Positions 12,001-24,090 of a DNA stretch of 64,000 bases are shown here, in pieces. The stretch comes from Nitrospirales bacterium. GTDB taxonomy: Bacteria; Nitrospirota; Nitrospiria; Nitrospirales; UBA8639. A model generated the notes under the pieces. It was not told the DNA's origin. It saw nothing but the letters and a program-made list of their open reading frames with translations, and ran no database searches. The first letter of the stretch is position 1. Every line of letters begins with the position of its first letter. Location: contig CBDBCZ010000015.1 of NCBI GenBank assembly GCA_965203295.1, positions 224,001 through 288,000 on the forward strand, given 5' to 3'. Made by a program: the position numbers and the translations under genes.

Positions 12001-15000
12001 TGAGTGAGAATGGAATCAATGCAGTAAAAATGCATGTACCTAGTAATCTTCTATCCCACACTAAACGATTGCTGTTCCCTCCATTCCTGAAATGTGTACT
12101 TCAGTCGCACTGCCACTTTCAGAATCCCACCATACGATTAACATTACCACAATGTTCTTGTCCTCTGACTGGAGATCTTACAAGCTCTTCCTGCATTACA
12201 ACATGAGTATTGTAAGTCACAGTTACGTTCTTAGGGGAGAAGTCAGGCTCCTCTCCGAACTAGGGCAGATAGATCAATGTTCACAACAATTCATGTCTAC
12301 AAAGGATAATTTGCCATCAATGTACTAAAGTATCAATGTCAGACAGTATGCAAAGCATGCTCAGCAAGAGTAAACAACTCTGCAGGGATCTCCAATAACT
12401 TGTACTATCACTGCTGTGGCTAATTTATAAACTATGCCCTTTCACTTGTCAATGGTGGGTTTTCCCAGGAACTTCGTCTTTAGCACCATTCCCAGGTTTG
12501 TATACACTGAGCGAGTTAGCCAGAGGGTATAGGCAAGTGGTTGCACGCCTAACTGTTTGCTATACTGCCGCACAACTGTTGCTACACGTGATGCGCCTAC
12601 AGCGATAATTAGTTATGTATTTTTGCTCGCGGTTCGTTTTTCTAATAATATTATTTGTAAGGAAAGTAACCACAAACTCCACCCCATATCTCCCTTGTAA
12701 TATGATAATAAGGTTTTATGGCATTGCTGCAGCAGTACCATACACTTAGATCGACATGCATGGATATGTGCCTCATGAAATGGCTATTAATTAGATGGTA
12801 GAAACATTGCCAATTTTTACTGCGTTGCTCATCATTTTGTCATCCCACAGACCCTTTCAACTTGGACCACAATCTTGGAGCTTCAGTGTCAACCAAAAGT
12901 TAGTCTCATTTTGAATTCAGTAAACATGTACTATGTGTAATATCAAACAAGTAGTTGCACTCACTTCACTTGCGCAACTACTTGTGCTTGTTGAACTCGC
13001 TCGCTGCACTCTCTTTATTGTGAAATTAAAGGTGTCACCTCCATGTGATTTGTGTATTGAACATTAATTTCATCAGCTGGAGACCTGTGGAGACAGTTCC
13101 ACATTCAGGCCTCAACTTTATTATGTCGAAAACCAACTCTAGGGGATAGTGCATGGTATGTGGACAGTATGGAACTATGAGCAGCTCAGCGATGCAGCAT
13201 GACAGCTAGTGGCAGTACAGCACTGCTGAGATTCCTGCCTGAGCCATGTGGAGGCAGTAAACAGAGGTGAGACTAAAAACAACTGCAAGACTATACAGGC
13301 AAGCTTCTTAGGACTGCAGCCTAGCTATTCACAGCCACAACAGAATAGGCGATCGGTGCTGACTCCATTTAATGCACACTGTTGCAGTTAGTCTAGCCAA
13401 ACCCATATCTGCGGTCTAGCCTAGCAGATATAGGTTTTCACTTACAGGATGATATAGCCACTTACCTTTGTGATGAAGTACGCTAAAGTGCAGCCATGTC
13501 GTCAGAGCGTTCCAGCGGTCGAAGTACTCATATTTATGTTGATGTCACTCACTGCCTTCTCGATTTCGCTCACGCTTCATTTGGTCTAGAGTTGCATGGT
13601 TTTCACTTACAGGATGATATATGTAGCCACTAACCTTTGTGATAAAGTACGCTAGAAGTGTTCATTTGAAGCCATCACGATAAAATCATAAATAATATCA
13701 CTCCGTATTAAATGGAGCTACATGTATATTATATTAAAATCATCAGAGTGTTCCAGCGGTCAAACTACTCATAATTATGATATCGTCACATCTATGACAC
13801 ACACACACACACACACCACACACACACACGCACACACACACACACACACACCACACACACGCACGCACACACACACACACACACACACTCATTGACGAAC
13901 TAAAATATGAAGGTTTATGCTGTACCCTTTCAGTTCGGTAATTGGCTAAGCCTAGCCTCTAGTGTGAAATGCTCTTGTTCCCCCACTGTATAGGCTGACT
14001 TTAGCCATGAATTTTCAAAGTGTTTGATTTTACTCTTCTACTCACTTTCTTTGTAGTGAGGCTGTACATCCTTGACAGACTACTGGCTGCATTACACTAC
14101 CACTGTAAAGACTTACAGTGGGTGGACATGGTAAGGCATTTATGCCTCTAAGTTTTTAAACCTGCGTAAGTTTTCCGGTGATGACAAAACATAACTAACA
14201 GTGAAAGTACTAGGGTAACTCAGAGTTTTTCATTTCGTAGTGCACTTACGATTATCAGCCATAACTTGTGCTTCCTACCATGTTCTGCCACCTAGGCAAG
14301 TAAGATATATAATGTTCACAGCTTGGTCTGCAACTCCTGATCACACAAGAAATGCAAAGTATTCTTAGTACCAGTAGCATATTTCCTACACTTGTAGTAA
14401 AGTTTTTGTCTACATTCTCAGACCATGCGTTGCCTGCGTGGCCTGGGAACAAGGCTACCTATACTTTATTTCCCCTATAATAAGATGTGTTTGTGTCGAA
14501 ACTGTTGCTAAGCGCTTAATACGTAGTTGTGTTGGAAGGGTTTCTGTGTTTTTTAGGATTGTACCAAAAGTGTACCTGCGCTAAACGATTTGTGCTGGAC
14601 TACATAAGTACCTACACAGTAATTAAATGTGTGTTGGAAAATAAATTGTTCCAACACACTTTACTGAGTATGATATGGATATGTGTATAGGATTGTGTTA
14701 GAGAACTGTTTCACTGACTATGAGATGTGTAGGAAAACTTCCTGCATAGGACTTCTTGTGTAACAAGGCAGGCGAGCAGAGATGTGTGTATTTTGGCAGG
14801 CAAAAGATATGGTCCAGGATGTAATGAACCATAAATGTGGTACAAGTAATCCTTTCCTACACATACGAATGAATACAGAACAATTCCTAGTGAAAGAACA
14901 GAACCCATAAGCAACAAGACCCAGGGAAAAAAGAGGGATTTAAACCCGGATTCTCAGCTCAAAGGCCTTCACTGCTAGGCTGTGCTGGAGAGTCATAGAT

Positions 15001-18000
15001 ATCATGGAAACTGAAAGCAGAGAAGCCTTACATTCATCTCTGTGACTTGCCTTGCATACCAAACATTACTGTGTATCATGTATTGTCATACCTCAGTGAA
15101 CCAAATGTGGTATTGTTGCATCTGGAGTGCCAACCACAGCAATAATTGCCAAGGCTACATAATATCATGCTGTTTCCAGTTTACTGAGTCCGAAAGGTTT
15201 TTTAACAGAGGGAAGACCTATTTGGTCCCCTTTTTTAACCTTTTTTAAGTAACTTTTTAACTATTTTCAAATCTTTAACTTTCTGCGGTCACGGGCTGGG
15301 TGGTCTCTGGTTCTTTCCGGGTCCCGGGTTCTCTTGGTTATGATCAGAGCTCTTTCTACTCTTTCTATTCTTCTCACTATTTCTCTATTTCTATTTTTCT
15401 ACTTTCTAATTTGCTCATTTTGATTTTATTGTTCTTGATTTAATTAAATAGGTCATATGCTTAACTAGATTGTAATGTAAGGGGTTGTAGTAGTGTAGAT
15501 ATAGTTCCGTAGGTTAGGTTAGGTATAAGGACTGGTTTAGTTTTTTAGGCCTCAAGCTAGTGAGTGTAGTAAGAATGATTACGATACCTTCAGTTTTCAT
15601 GAGTATGTCCTAAGTATGTGGCTACATGTGCATGTGCCACCATTAAACCAGTTGTTACTATGAGCAGGCGCTCCCAGGTCTGTGTATGTAGTTTGCAAAA
15701 ATGGGGAGGTCTATTGGCGCCTGCTCGCAGTGTTGTGGTCCTTTACAGCACAATTAGCAAGAAAACATTTGTCAAGAAGCTACGCTACGTACATACCACA
15801 TGGCAATTTTTTTTTCAAAGAAACAAACCTCTGCTAAATGCAGAGCCTGTCATTCACTCACCAGAGTGTCAAGTGCTTCTTAATTCTACAGTCACCATGG
15901 AGTCAATGAGTGGCGCTAGGTACATTTTACCTACATGTAGTAATGCCAATTGCAACTAATGAGTGCCGTTAGTACTAAGCAGTAGTGGTACAAGCTACTG
16001 TTCACTGTATCAAGAAATGTTGCTATGCAATTCCGGTTGTATGTATGTTTTGCGCTAACTATAAAGGGTAAGCAACCATATGATTGTGAAAGTAATTGCA
16101 CTCTTGTTATGTACTGTGACTACAAGAGTATGTAAATGAATGTCTGCCCAGTGGTTCCCACAGCACTGTACTAAACTCTACTTGTTCCCAGGCTCCCCCC
16201 AAAACAAGGGTTAGTATATACGTATTACAAGCAACAATGATGGGGGAGTTGCAGCTACTGTACAGTAACCCTGCTTTTTTGCTCAGACTTCTGTTTTGTT
16301 GACGGCTAATAGGTCTAGGAAAATTGTGAAGCCCGCAAAAAGCACACTTTGAAACTGCTAGTTAGCTACATGTATCACAGCTGCAGCTACTGCGCAACTG
16401 CAACTAGCGGGTTCAAGTGGTGCAAGGCCAAAGTGACAAACGTACAATCTAGAGGTCACATGACTGGGTATACTACTGGCACTAATGGTTACGTAAATGT
16501 AGTCACATGTACATTCTACATTTTCTAGTATGCAATAAATTTAAGGTCGTGATTTCATTCCGTTTTAGAACTTCATGATGGATGAACAGATTTTAATTGG
16601 AGATGACCGTCCTCCCAAGTTTATCATCTGCCTTTGCTGCAATAAACGTGGCCACAGAGCACAGAACTGCCCCTGTACGTATATGTTACCATGGCTATTT
16701 TTTTAATGCACTTGTAAATAGCATAGTGCTTTTCTACAGACAAAAACAGTGGGAACAGAAGACCAAGGGCTGCTGCAATAAAGGAACGGATGAAACCAAA
16801 GGACAACCCTCCGAAAGAAAGAGGTATAAACACTGGCCAAGATGGTCTACTATAAATAAGGTCAAGAACGTGTAATGACAAAAAAAAAGAAAGCACCAAT
16901 ATTTTCATTCCCATAGCACTTTGGTAGTGCCTGAGAGGTGTAAACCTCGCTCCCTGCCTCCACTCTGTTGCTCTTTTTAAGCCTCGCTCCCTGCCTCCAC
17001 TCTGTTGCTTTTTTCAAGCCTCGCTCCCTGCCTCCACTCTGTTGCTTTTTTCACCATGTAAAAAACACAGGGAGCCTGGTTGATTTTGTCATGTGTGTGA
17101 CTGCAAGAGTAGAGACAAGGGTAGATGGAAATAAATTTTGAGTGTGGGTACGTTAACCGTAATATGGCCATACATTTCACTATGCAAACTCATAATGGCG
17201 TACCATTATCAAATCATGCTGGAAGCCTCTGTCTATACAAGGATCATCAGTACGTTTAGTGTTGCCACTCAGGGAGAGACTCCAATAACTGCAGGCAAGG
17301 ACTGCAGCCTCTATGCATACCTAACCACTGCACATCATCAGGTTAGTCTAGTCTAGCAGATTCAGCTCTCTGTTTTTTCATGTACTTAGTAACGCTTCCG
17401 TGCAATTATCCAATGCGTGACGTTGCTCACATGATAAATGAACTAGGCCTGCGCTCTCCACGCTTTATACTGCAACAGGGGAGAGGCCGGGAACAAGGCT
17501 AGAACAATGCAAATACATCTGCTGTGAATGAGATGAACAGCACTTCATTTTTGGTATTAGACCTTTTCGTTGTATGGGCCAAGGAATGTACGTACCCGTA
17601 ATTATTAGTAACTGCATATCCGGAGTATATTTAGGCCTCTCCCAATGCTCGTTCGTGCTTAACTCAATGTAAATTTCACTGCAGAGCTAACACACGCATG
17701 TACGTATGTACCTTGCCAAATAGTCTAATTCAACGAGTATCACAAGAAGATACCGTAGATTGGGAAATTTTCAGCGGTAGAAACTTTCATCTGTTAAATT
17801 TTCGCGTGATTAATTTTCGTCGATCCAGTAACCAACGAAAATTAAACACGGCGAAATTTAAACGGTACAGATTTTTTTTACGCGAGTTGCGAGTAGCGTA
17901 TGCGGAACGGAATCCATATACGTACGTACACGGATCACACATGTGCGAAAAGAAAATGAAGAGCTCTCGAAGGGAGTCGCGCGTTAGGGGGTACCATGTC

Positions 18001-20452
18001 TACTGGGAAGCGGCCATTGGAGAGGACCTAGCGTGTCAGCGGGAGCGTGGGAATGCAACCAACGCCTATGCTGCACGAACGGCGGTGCTGTACTTCGTGT
18101 AAGGACCACGCTTACAGCCTTCAGTCAATACTTGCTCCACTTGTTTGTTCGCTTCCGCGATCGCTTGAGAAGCGAGACAGCGACCCTCTAGGATCGGGAA
18201 CACACCCGATTGGTTTCAAATACCGCAGCAGAGCCACGATTTCTCTACTTCTGGCTACTTTCTCTTCGCGTGGTATGTATTCAGCGATCTTATTATTCGG
18301 CATTGAAAATATTTCGCATGTTAAATTTTCGACTTAGAGCTCACCGACTAAATATTTTTAACGATGAAAATTTCCCGATCTACGGTACAACTCTTGAGCA
18401 TCTTTGTGCAAGTTATCCCGTCTTCTAAAAGTTATCTTACTCGGAGCTACAGTCGGTTACAGTTTTGTATATCAAGGTCACTGCGCGATACAGTATAAGT
18501 GACACAGAAAACTGTACCATAATTGCCGAGCGCAGCGAGGCCAATAATCGCATGCTATGGGCTCAACAATCTCGGCTAGCATTTATCATGCAGTACGGTG
18601 GTACTCCATATGTAGGGATGGCTCCAAAAAAATGGCATCTCCTTTAACTGTGTATAAAATGACATGTTCAGAACTCTGCTGTAGATGTAGTCTAGGGGTA
18701 TTATGAGCCCTACCACTTGTTTTCAAGTGTTGTCATCACTAACCAGACTGTTAGCGTTGCTAAAGAACATCAGTGAAGTACCAAACCGGCAAATGGTTAA
18801 ACGGGCAGATTCAACTATCTTTTGATTCTGATTCTTCTGATTCTTCAGCCAGGCTAGCACAATAATGCCTGCGGCGATTACAATGATTATAACATGAATA
18901 GGCATCATTTTCTCCGGAGTATTGCACTCATAGCATAGTGTATTCACAAAATCGAATAGGTTCGGTAGTGATTCACGAGTACTCTCCAGCAGAAGCTCGC
19001 TGTTGCACGTCATTTAATGACTCGGATTACGTAATGCTTAGACCGCACGTGTTCATCTATTTAACGCCTACTTTTGGGCACGAGACTAGGCTGCTCGGGC
19101 CTGAGCTACGAGGCATCTCCTGGTTCATTACTGTGTTTACACAAACTTTAGCTATAGCCTTGATTTAGGAAACGTTAGTCGACAGTAGGTCTGTGTAGGA
19201 TCACTTTCAGAAGATGCAATAACTAGTTTGCACAAAGACACTCGAGAGTTGTATTTTCTTGTGATATTCTTGTCCGGCGCGTTACATATGTATGTGCACT
19301 AGTTCTGCAGTGGAATTACATTGAGCTGAACACGAACGAGTGTTGGGCAAGGGGGGGGGGGGGGGGGTGGGGGGGGCTAAACGTACATGTGAAATCACTG
19401 ACTGTATCTCCTAATCCTTGTCCGTATACAACTAAGCCCACACATTTTCTATCTGTCACCAAATTGACATTGGTTAGTGTTTGGCATAAGCTCCCTCCAA
19501 ATAGAAACTGTTTCTTTCTATTGTGTATTGAGTGTCCTTATCATAACAACTTCAAATTTGATTTGCAGAACCTGCAATCCCTACTTCAGCAGCAAAAGTG
19601 TCAACTAGCCGTGGCGGAATTCTTCACATAAAAAGTGGGAGGTATCCATCAGTCCCAACTGAGGCAGAAAACGAACGTAGAAGCACAAGGAGGCATGCTG
19701 CAAATCCACCAGCAATGAAGCCCATGAGCAACCGAGTGCATACTCCTAGAAGGGTACATCAGGTTCCTCCAACCGGGATTCTTTTGCCTTCACAGTATAC
19801 TCCGTTATTACCCACTCCAGAGGTTGGTAGTCACATAGGACGTACGTTATTACCCACTCCAGAGGTTGGTAGTCACATAGGAGGTACGTTATTACCCACT
19901 CCAGAGGTTGGTAGTCACATAGAAGGTATGTCACCACCAGGCTTTCCTGTGGTAGGGGGCCATCCATCTACCAGTATCAACAGTGGTGTACAGGGTGGTG
20001 CCACTTTGTACCAATCTGGAGGAGGAATGAGAAGCAGACTGCTGACTGATGAAAACCAAATATCGCACAGAGCACCAGTTGTACCCTTGACACTACCTTC
20101 ACATTCATCACCAGTAGTAGCATACACACTGGCCTCAACAGTACACTCTGCCCAGTATCCGTCTGGACACTCCACAACAGTATTAGCACCCAGAGTCTAC
20201 CTCCCTGCTCGAATTCAGTATCAGCCTTCGATCTCCTCCACTTCAACATTTCGTCCTCCTCAGTATGTGGCTGATCAAACCACTCCAACAAGAGCGCCTG
20301 TATATCCCATCCGTGAACCATATGTGCAATCAACGGCACAGCGCTTTCCAGCACCCCAAGATATTCGCCCTCCTCCTCGTCCGCTTTACAGGCACCCTAA
20401 TTCTTACAGGCCTTACAACAGACATGAGCAGAGCTATGACTATGGCCAGTAG
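1..20452 (+). CDS. TUT7: Terminal uridylyltransferase 4/7 family (ZCCHC11/ZCCHC6-like), 5'-partial. Exons: 1-6,178-287,422-472,1013-1090,2603-3327,3548-3607,3679-3778,5061-5147,5752-5852,6710-6764,6853-6922,7048-7084,7197-7286,8509-8622,10565-10657,11342-11409,11489-11598,12851-12898,14057-14130,16569-16674,16740-16823,19569-20452
   Basis: GT-AG exons join in one open frame. Motifs: first PAP-associated region ([15 protein letters not shown]), knuckle [15 protein letters not shown], catalytic [78 protein letters not shown] (UTP-selecting His), knuckle [14 protein letters not shown], Pro-rich tail. The donor at 16823 is the least certain. TUT4 and TUT7 cannot be distinguished by eye. Confidence 0.93.
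1357..1994. mobile_element. Non-autonomous TA-TSD DNA transposon (pogo/Tc1-mariner-like), copy 1, in a TUT intron
   Basis: TIR CCGTAGATCGGGAAATTTTC at both ends, TA flanks at 1355-56 and 1995-96, repeated AATTTTCGTCG subterminal motifs, internal transposase-like and HIRAN-like remnants. Confidence 0.9.
5951..6632. mobile_element. Palindrome-headed non-autonomous element (Crypton-like architecture, unclassified)
   Basis: Imperfect ~155-bp palindrome at 5953-6109 centred on GCCGAGGAACTTCCGAGGC, plus a second IR (TACTATGCCTGAGTCATTCTA ~6117 / TAGAATGACTTAGGCATAGTA 6612-6632). Confidence 0.65.
7690..8340 (-). mobile_element. Penelope-like retroelement 5' fragment, decayed
   Basis: Minus-strand remnant [50 protein letters not shown]...[18 protein letters not shown] resembles the PLE ORF N-terminus. 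It is preceded by a CTGAGGAAGA..GTCAAAACGTCAG hammerhead-like end at 8285-8325. Confidence 0.65.
9412..9486 (+). ncRNA. tRNA-like sequence (AGT anticodon position, Thr-like); probably a SINE head or tRNA pseudogene
   Basis: A box TAGCTCAGTGG, B box GGTTCAATCC, partial cloverleaf with imperfect acceptor and anticodon stems. Confidence 0.6.
11710..11895. mobile_element. MITE, TA TSD
   Basis: TA|CTGTAGGACCGGTTATAATTGCG ... CGCAATTAAAACCAGTCCTATAG|TA imperfect TIRs. Confidence 0.75.
13797..13888. repeat. (CA)n microsatellite
   Basis: Imperfect CA run. Confidence 0.95.
16942..17501. mobile_element. TAGCC..GGCTA-type (AcademH-like) element with triplicated left end
   Basis: Three ~36-bp copies of CCTCGCTCCCTGCCTCCACTCTGTTGC at 16942-17050; right end GGGAACAAGGCTA at 17501. 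Confidence 0.55.
17753..18385. mobile_element. Same TA-TSD element family, copy 2, inverted relative to copy 1
   Basis: TA|CCGTAGATTGGGAAATTTTC...GAAAATTTCCCGATCTACGG|TA; the body is close to the reverse complement of 1357-1994. Confidence 0.9.
19803..19928 (+). repeat. 42-bp coding tandem repeat x3 ([11 protein letters not shown][G/E]) in the last TUT exon
   Basis: CGTTATTACCCACTCCAGAGGTTGGTAGTCACATAG repeated three times in frame. Confidence 0.95.
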
Positions 20453-20961
20453 ATAAGTGGACAGGAAACTGTAATATGTCATTTGCAGTAGTGACAGAGT
20501 ATTGTTTATTTTGCTTATATGCTACATCCTTGCACTGGTGCATTAACTACTGCATACTTATTCACACTGGTAAGGATATTTTGTTGAAGCTATCAGATGC
20601 TACAGCAAGTAAATAGTAATTTTGTGATATTGGGAGCTAACATTGGTGCTCCTTAGAATTATTGTCCCCACTTTTTTTCATGTTTCAGGGATTCTTTCCT
20701 GGTAAGGGTACAGATAATGTAGGATAGCCTAGTCAAAGTGTACGTGGAGATACACGTTTTCCTTATCAGTCAGCACAATGCCGTCGGTAAAAGAGGTGTG
20801 TCACCTGAGTGCAGGAAGCCATGTAGGCTTACATGGGTAAATTAATTAAGAGATAGAGTGTGGAGCTCAAGTGGTTACCAGATGGATTCATTCTAAAGCA
20901 GTCCCTAAGCCATAATATTATAATGCCCCAACCCTTTATTGAACCAGGAGCCCTGTAAACG

Positions 20962-21168
20962 TAGCCTCGTACCCAGGCCTTCCCTCACAGCTTTTTTCGC
21001 AGCCGTGGCAAAAAGCGTGCCATGGCTGCGAAAAAAGCTGTGAGGGAAGGCCTGGGTACGAGGCTACGTTTACAGGGAGGCTTCCTAGTATCCCAGATTA
21101 GTAATAAACCACGCTTTTTTGCCACGGCTGCGAAAAAAGCTGTGAGGGAAGGCCTGGGTACGAGGCTA
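20962..21168. mobile_element. AcademH-like MITE (TAG..CTA ends, 9-bp TSD) with three TIR arms
   Basis: TIR TAGCCTCGTACCCAGGCCTTCCCTCACAGC; TSD CTGTAAACG at 20953-20961 and 21169-21177. Confidence 0.85.
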
Positions 21169-21943
21169 CTGTAAACGGACAATGAAGTTGTCACTGACAC
21201 AACCACCATCAGTAAAAACTTTACTGGGAAGTAATCAATTAAAGAATTACTTATACAACTAGACCAGTACTTCAGTCTTGACCATCTTGTTGTGTAGCCT
21301 TGAACCTAGCCATTGCACCTACAGCCTTCGAACAAAAAAATTTGGGTTTGAGAGTAATATACTCATGTTGCTGCCGTAGCGCTTACGCCATCGACCACGC
21401 ACCCACAAATGCAGGCGGATCTGGAGCTTGTAAGATCTCATTCAACACCACTCACACATGTGCTCACTCAGAAACTGACATGCTTGTTAATCAGGTCTAA
21501 GCCACAAATTTGAGATTCACCAACACATGTGCATCATTAAATGCCATTTTGTCATTAGTAGAAAGAGAACCCTGGTTAGCAATCAACATGAACCCTCTTT
21601 GGAAGTAATAGTTCAACCCTTAGCAGGTAACATTCATGTACTGATAGTTTAGTATAGCAAGGGGGGGGGGGCATTCAAGAAATAAAATTAAAAATAGTAG
21701 AAAGAGAACCCTGGTTAGTAATCAACATGAACCCTCTTTGGAATTAAGTAATAGTTCAACCCTTAGCAGGTAACATTCATGTACTGATAGTTTAGTATAG
21801 TAAGGGGGGGCATTCAAGAAACCAGAGGGAAGGGTAAAATTAAAAATAGGGAGTGCTAGTAGAGAAACCACTCACTTCACTACTCGAACTCAAATTACAC
21901 TGTTACCCTTCCCCCTGCATGGGTGTCTAGATCACATGCTTAC

Positions 21944-23093
21944 CCTTGGTCCCTTCACAGTCCTCAAGCTCCAAGCCATCCACTGTCACAATCACGTATT
22001 CTTCTCCCCAACGCTGGTGGACTTCTCTTAAAATGTGATTTACGTTTGCAGTGGACTCTGCTACATCTAAATGCATTTGTGCTTCCTGAGAAAATTCAAC
22101 CTTTCCACTCCGGGAACTATCCATCTTGGCTCGAACAATTTTAATGTTCACAGTTGGTTCCTTTGAGCCAGATTGTTTAGGGATCACAGACTTAAATGCA
22201 GGAGGTGGGGGGTTGGAGTTATAGGAAGCAGAAGCTCCAACGCCAGATGAATGTGCTGTACTTGAGACGGATAAACGTGGAGTGGAACTTAAAGGAAGAT
22301 TAGGAAGGTTAGGCCCTTCAACACAAAGTGTTGCTCCATACATCTCTGCTTCGTGCAGATTGAAATGACCTGAATCATCTGGGTAAAGGCCTTGCTATCT
22401 TGTTCCGATCTTAGCCATACTTCAGATGGATCAACCTGCCAGTATATAATGAGACACAAGTAATCTTACATATAGGCAATCACTTTGTAGTCATAAACAA
22501 ACCACTAATAATTACTTCCGGCTTAGTTAATAAGACAAACTACATAGGAGGTTTTAATGTACACACTTTCGCGACTAGGGTCATATATAACACATTTGAC
22601 TTTTTGCTTCCTAGACCCGACTAACCCATACCTGTACTTGAATCCAGTTGCTATTCAGTACTAGTGGCATGGTATAACTTTAACAGGGGAAAGGCTAAAT
22701 GTATGCAGTGCCTTATATAATAAAATTTGACAACCAAGTATAAAGAAAAGACTTATGAAACTGCATGCAACTGTTTATCGATTGTTACCGACCTGAATGC
22801 AGCGTAAAGTGCAATGGCTAATATTTTTGCTGATCAATTGACCTATATAGCGTGGTAGATAATAGGCCTGGAAAGGGCTAATTAGTTTTACTTCCGCTAA
22901 AATAAAATTGCACAGCCCAATTTCCGTTAACCTTATTACTTATGGGACAGTATATAGTACACAAAGTAGCTCGGCAGGCATACGTAGAAACTGGCTTTCT
23001 CACCCGAAATGTCCTCCTCAAAACTTCTGTTGTAACTCGGGAGCAATCAACCTCGATTCTTTCTATGCCCCGCTTCAACACTACGTCAGGCAT
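21944..23093 (-). pseudogene. Uncharacterised two-exon gene fragment (exons 23093-23004 and 22435-21944), probably transposon-borne, frameshifted
   Basis: MPDVVLKRGIERIEVDCSRVTTEVLRRTFR|VDPSEVWLRSEQDSKA/YPDDSGHFNL...WGEEYVIVTVDGLELEDCEGTK; canonical splice sites, a 1-bp frameshift near 22386, no next exon seen. Confidence 0.6.
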
Positions 23094-23289
23094 CGTTGGG
23101 AGGATGCTAGGTCACGGTAGCCACGTACGGAAGCACAAAGGACACAACAACAACAGCGAGCGAGCTAGCACGGGGTAGCTGGCAGGGAGTAGGCAGAGCG
23201 ACGACAATGTGGCGCGAAGTCTGATTCTGGCACGTGGGCGATTAAATGATGCGCATGCGCATTTCTCCTAGTCTCGCATCTCATTGGTT

Positions 23290-23574
23290 CGAAGTTTAGG
23301 ATTTTAGAATACAGGATTTTGGTTCATAAAATTCAAAGCTTAGGGTTTTAGATTACAGAATTGCTTGTTAAAAGACTAGGATTTTGGATTTTTAGTCATA
23401 AAATTTAAAATTTGGGATTTAGGATTTAGGATTTTTGAAAACAAAATCCAAAGTTTAGGATTTTAGTTTACCATGCATTATAACTTCAAATATAGGATTT
23501 AGTATTAGGGATTTTGGTTTTAAATACTAAATCCTGAATTCCATTCCAATAGGATTTTGGTTGGTGGAAATATA
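23290..23574. mobile_element. Subterminal repeat-rich transposon end (IS3EU-like, tentative)
   Basis: Many AGGATTTT motifs ending in GGTGGAAATATA, immediately upstream of the 21944-23093 gene. Confidence 0.4.
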
Positions 23575-23581
23575 CACTGAC

Positions 23582-24030
23582 CCAGGACTTATTGAAAATT
23601 CAACAGCCTTAGGACCAGGACTTATTGAAATTTCAACAGTTTTAAGACCAAGACTTATTGAAATTTCCATAGTTTTAGGACCAGGACTTATTGAAATTTC
23701 AACAGCTTTAGGACTAGGACTTATTGAAATTTAAATAGCTTTTAGGACCAGGACTTATTGAAATTTCAACAGTTTTAAGATCAAGACTTATTGAAATTTC
23801 CATAGTTTTAGGACCAGGACTTATTGAAATTTCAACAGCTTTAGGACTAGGACTTATTGAAATTTAAATAGCTTTTAGGACTAGGACTTATTGAAATTTC
23901 AACAGCCTTAGGACTAGGACTTATTGAATTTCCATAGTTTTAGGACCAGGACTTATAGAATTTCCATAGTTTTAGGACCTGGACTTATTGAAATTTCAAC
24001 AGCCTTAGGACCAGGACTTTCAACAGCCAT
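23582..24030. repeat. 33-bp minisatellite, ~13.5 copies
   Basis: Unit CCAGGACTTATTGAAATTTCAACAGCTTTAGGA, contiguous, no spacers. Confidence 0.95.
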
Positions 24031-24090
24031 AATTTCAACAATGATTTATTGAAATTTACTTATGATTCCGCACACTTTTTTTCCATGCAG

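Noticed and set aside
23582..24030. CRISPR array (33-bp palindromic repeat containing ATTGAAA)
   Set aside because: Units are contiguous with no unique spacers, there are no cas genes, and the context is eukaryotic.
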